Shown here: in pieces, positions 61,422 to 64,000 of the stretch
Position numbering within the stretch: the stretch's first letter is position 1
Layout of the letters: every line of letters starts with the position of its first letter
DNA from: an uncultured Muribaculaceae bacterium
Lineage (GTDB): Bacteria > Pseudomonadota > Alphaproteobacteria > Rs-D84
Reading direction: 5' to 3'
NCBI GenBank assembly: GCA_964619545.1
Contig: CAZUED010000003.1
Span: 163-64,162, forward strand
DNA length: 64,000 bases
Notes under the pieces: model-generated
What the model was told of the DNA's origin: nothing
Database searches by the model: none
What the model saw: the letters and a program-made list of their open reading frames with translations, nothing else
Position numbers and translations under genes: made by a program

Positions 61422-64000
61422 TTATTTTTTGCCATATTTGACAGCTGCTTGGGCAGCGGCCAGTCTTGCAATTGGCACTCGGAATGGACTGCAAGAAACA
61501 TAGTCCAAACCAGCTTTGTGGAAGAATTCCACAGATTCTGGGTCTCCGCCGTGTTCTCCGCAAACGCCCAAGTGTATTTCATGACCTTTGGCTTCACGTG
61601 CCATTTTAACTGCGCCTGCAACCAGTTGTCCAACACCTGCTTGATCAATGCTGGCAAATGGGTCTGCAACATAGACTCCACGAGCGCGATACTCGTCCAA
61701 GATTGCGCCAGTGTCATCACGAGACATTCCAAGAGTTGTTTGAGTTAAATCGTTTGTTCCAAAACCGAAAAACTCTGCGCTTTGGGCAATTTCATTTGCC
61801 AATAAAGCAGCGCGTGGCAATTCAATCATGCATCCGACCTTGTATTTAACCCTTTCACCGGATTCAGCAAAAATCTGTGCAGCGGTTGAATCAATAATGG
61901 CCTTTACAATGTCTTGTTCTTTTTTCGAGCCTATCAAAGGAACTTCGATTTCAGGCAAAACTTTTACGCCAGATTTTACGCACTCGATAGCTGCGCCCAA
62001 GATAGCGCGGGTCTGCATTTCGCAAATTTCTGGATAAGTGATCGCCAAGCGGCAACCACGATGTCCCAGCATTGGATTTTGTTCATGCAACGCTGCGGTG
62101 CGCTCTTTAACGAACGACGCAGGCTTTCCAATATGATCGGCCAACAATTTGATGTCTTCTTCTGTATGTGGCAAGAATTCATGAAGTGGTGGATCGATCA
62201 AGCGGATAACGACAGGCAATCCATCCATAATTTTGAACAATTCAACAAAGTCCGCACGTTGATAAGGTAACAACTTGTTTAGTGCATTACGGCGACCTTC
62301 GGTTGTTTCTGCCAAAATCATTTCGCGCATATCCATAATACGTGAAGGATCAAAGAACATGTGCTCGGTACGAGCCAAACCAATTCCTTCGGCGCCGAAT
62401 TCCAATGCTTGTTTTGCATCACGTGGAGTTTCAGCGTTTGCACGAACTTCCAAAGTTTTGATTGAATCAACCCACTCCATCAACTTACCAAAGTTTCCAG
62501 TCATTTCGACAGAAACTGTTGGAACCTGACCCAAGATGATTTCACCCTTTGCGCCATCAATAGAAATCCAATCACCTTCGTTGATAACGTCGCCCTTGGT
62601 GGTTTTCATAGTTTTTGAAGCATAGTCAATTTTGATGTCTGCGCTACCTGAAACGCAAGGAGTCCCCATACCGCGTGCAACGACAGCAGCGTGAGAAGTC
62701 ATTCCACCACGAGCAGTGATAACGCCCTGGGCTGCGTCCATTCCAGCAATGTCTTCAGGGGAAGTTTCAATACGGACAAGGATAACTTTTTCACCACGAC
62801 CTGCCCATTCAACAGCGTCTTCGGCATTGAAAACTGCGCGTCCAACAGCCGCACCAGGGGATGCAGGCAAACCAGTTGCAATTACATTCTTGTTTGCTTT
62901 TGGATCAAGCATAGGATGCAACAAGTGATTTAATTGATCTGCACCAACGCGCAGTATTGCTTCTTCTTTATTCAGCAATCCTTCGCTAACCATTTCAACA
63001 GCGATACGAACTGCGGCGGCGGCGGTACGCTTTCCATTACGAGTTTGCAGCATCCACAATTTTCCATGCTCGATAGTAAATTCCATATCTTGCATGTCTT
63101 TGTAATGCTGTTCCAGTTTGTTGCGAGCAGCAACCAGTTCGGTATAAACAGCAGGCATAGCTTCTTCCAAAGACAAGCGTCCGCTGTCATCTTTCGCCAT
63201 AGGCTGTGGAGTGCGAATTCCAGCAACAACGTCTTCACCTTGGGCATTGATTAAGTATTCTCCGTAAAAGCGATTTTCGCCGGTCGCCGGATCGCGCGAA
63301 AAACATACGCCAGTTGCGCAATCATCACCGGCGTTTCCAAAGACCATCGCTTGAACATTGACGGCAGTTCCCCAATCGCCCGGAATGTTGTTTAATTTAC
63401 GATAAGTGATTGCTTTCTTTGACATCCAAGAACCGAACACTGCGCCAATACCGGCTTTTAATTGAGCCCATGGATCTTGTGGAAATTCTTTACCAATGTT
63501 TTTTCCAATTTCTTTGAATTTTTCAACCAACTCTTTCAAGTCATTGGCGGTCAGTTCGTTATCAAATTTGTATCCTTTGGATTCTTTCATGTGTTCCAAG
63601 GCATGCTCGAACAAGTCAATGTCTGCGCCCAAAACTACGTCAGAAAACATCATGATAAAACGACGATAAGAATCATAAGCAAAACGTTCATCGTTTGCAG
63701 CAGCGGCCAAAGCCTGTACCGTTTCGTCATTCAAACCCAAATTCAAAACCGTATCCATCATGCCCGGCATAGAAACGCGAGCTCCACTGCGAACAGAAAC
63801 TAACAAAGGATTAGTTTTATCAGCGAATTTTTTACCCATAACTTTTTCAATGTGGGAAATGCCCTCGCGAACTTGGTCATCTAAATCAGCAGGGTAAGAA
63901 TTGTTGTTTTCGTAATAGTACGTGCAAACTTCAGTAGTAACTGAAAAACCGGCAGGGACAGGCAGTCCAACAAGATTCATCTCGGCCAGGTTAGCGCCTT
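61422..64000 (-). CDS. ppdK: pyruvate, phosphate dikinase (5' end beyond the window)
   Basis: window end reads KGANLAEMNLVGLPVPAGF; catalytic GGMTSHAAVVARGMG and C-terminal PEP-utilising TIM barrel present. Confidence 0.95.
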   Translation of the reverse strand, partial: GANLAEMNLVGLPVPAGFSVTTEVCTYYYENNNSYPADLDDQVREGISHIEKVMGKKFADKTNPLLVSVRSGARVSMPGMMDTVLNLGLNDETVQALAAAANDERFAYDSYRRFIMMFSDVVLGADIDLFEHALEHMKESKGYKFDNELTANDLKELVEKFKEIGKNIGKEFPQDPWAQLKAGIGAVFGSWMSKKAITYRKLNNIPGDWGTAVNVQAMVFGNAGDDCATGVCFSRDPATGENRFYGEYLINAQGEDVVAGIRTPQPMAKDDSGRLSLEEAMPAVYTELVAARNKLEQHYKDMQDMEFTIEHGKLWMLQTRNGKRTAAAAVRIAVEMVSEGLLNKEEAILRVGADQLNHLLHPMLDPKANKNVIATGLPASPGAAVGRAVFNAEDAVEWAGRGEKVILVRIETSPEDIAGMDAAQGVITARGGMTSHAAVVARGMGTPCVSGSADIKIDYASKTMKTTKGDVINEGDWISIDGAKGEIILGQVPTVSVEMTGNFGKLMEWVDSIKTLEVRANAETPRDAKQALEFGAEGIGLARTEHMFFDPSRIMDMREMILAETTEGRRNALNKLLPYQRADFVELFKIMDGLPVVIRLIDPPLHEFLPHTEEDIKLLADHIGKPASFVKERTAALHEQNPMLGHRGCRLAITYPEICEMQTRAILGAAIECVKSGVKVLPEIEVPLIGSKKEQDIVKAIIDSTAAQIFAESGERVKYKVGCMIELPRAALLANEIAQSAEFFGFGTNDLTQTTLGMSRDDTGAILDEYRARGVYVADPFASIDQAGVGQLVAGAVKMAREAKGHEIHLGVCGEHGGDPESVEFFHKAGLDYVSCSPFRVPIARLAAAQAAVKYGKK

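Overview
64-kb chromosomal window from an AT-rich Gram-negative bacterium (roughly 40% G+C by eye, not computed). L7/L12, RpoB/C, PpdK and the tRNA-Trp-secE-nusG-rplKAJL-rpoBC and uppS-cdsA-rseP/bamA blocks look alphaproteobacterial. The scattered VirB-like genes suggest a Rickettsiales/Holosporales-like host-associated lineage, but that is inference only. The backbone is: 5S rRNA, dnaX, ompA-like, skp-like, lpxD, fabZ, the ribosomal/RNAP cluster, rpmA-rplU, frr, tRNA-Ala, tRNA-His, ispA-rseP-cdsA-uppS, bamA, yraN, dnaB, birA and ppdK (truncated by the window end). There are three kinds of accessory content. (1) The best candidate for an undescribed system is a dispersed envelope gene set. It has a virB8-virB9-virB10 operon with a SPOR-fused VirB9 and a Cys-rich tail on VirB10, ending in a 715-aa Cys-rich coiled-coil exoprotein where virB11/virD4 would be expected. 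A second locus after bamA has a small lipoprotein plus two more VirB8-fold paralogues. Two tandem giant Cys-rich secreted paralogues sit at 0.5-4.7 kb, and there is an orphan type IV pilin-like gene and an anchored periplasmic CPHC redox protein. No T4SS ATPase is present in the window. (2) A T7-like phage-derived head/tail/lysis module (48.4-60.2 kb) lacks portal, core, replication and integrase genes. Its large terminase is split into two intact halves by a 3.4-kb segment carrying dnaB and a dual-HTH/S24-like regulator. A histone-like KPAAKK-repeat gene sits between scaffold and capsid, and a terminator lies directly upstream of the capsid gene. (3) A B12-dependent RNR-dUTPase-adenosyltransferase module. 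A heptamer-based (CCTTCAT-like) repeat family recurs at three sites. All functional calls come from motif recognition by eye. No searches were run and no CRISPR array was seen.
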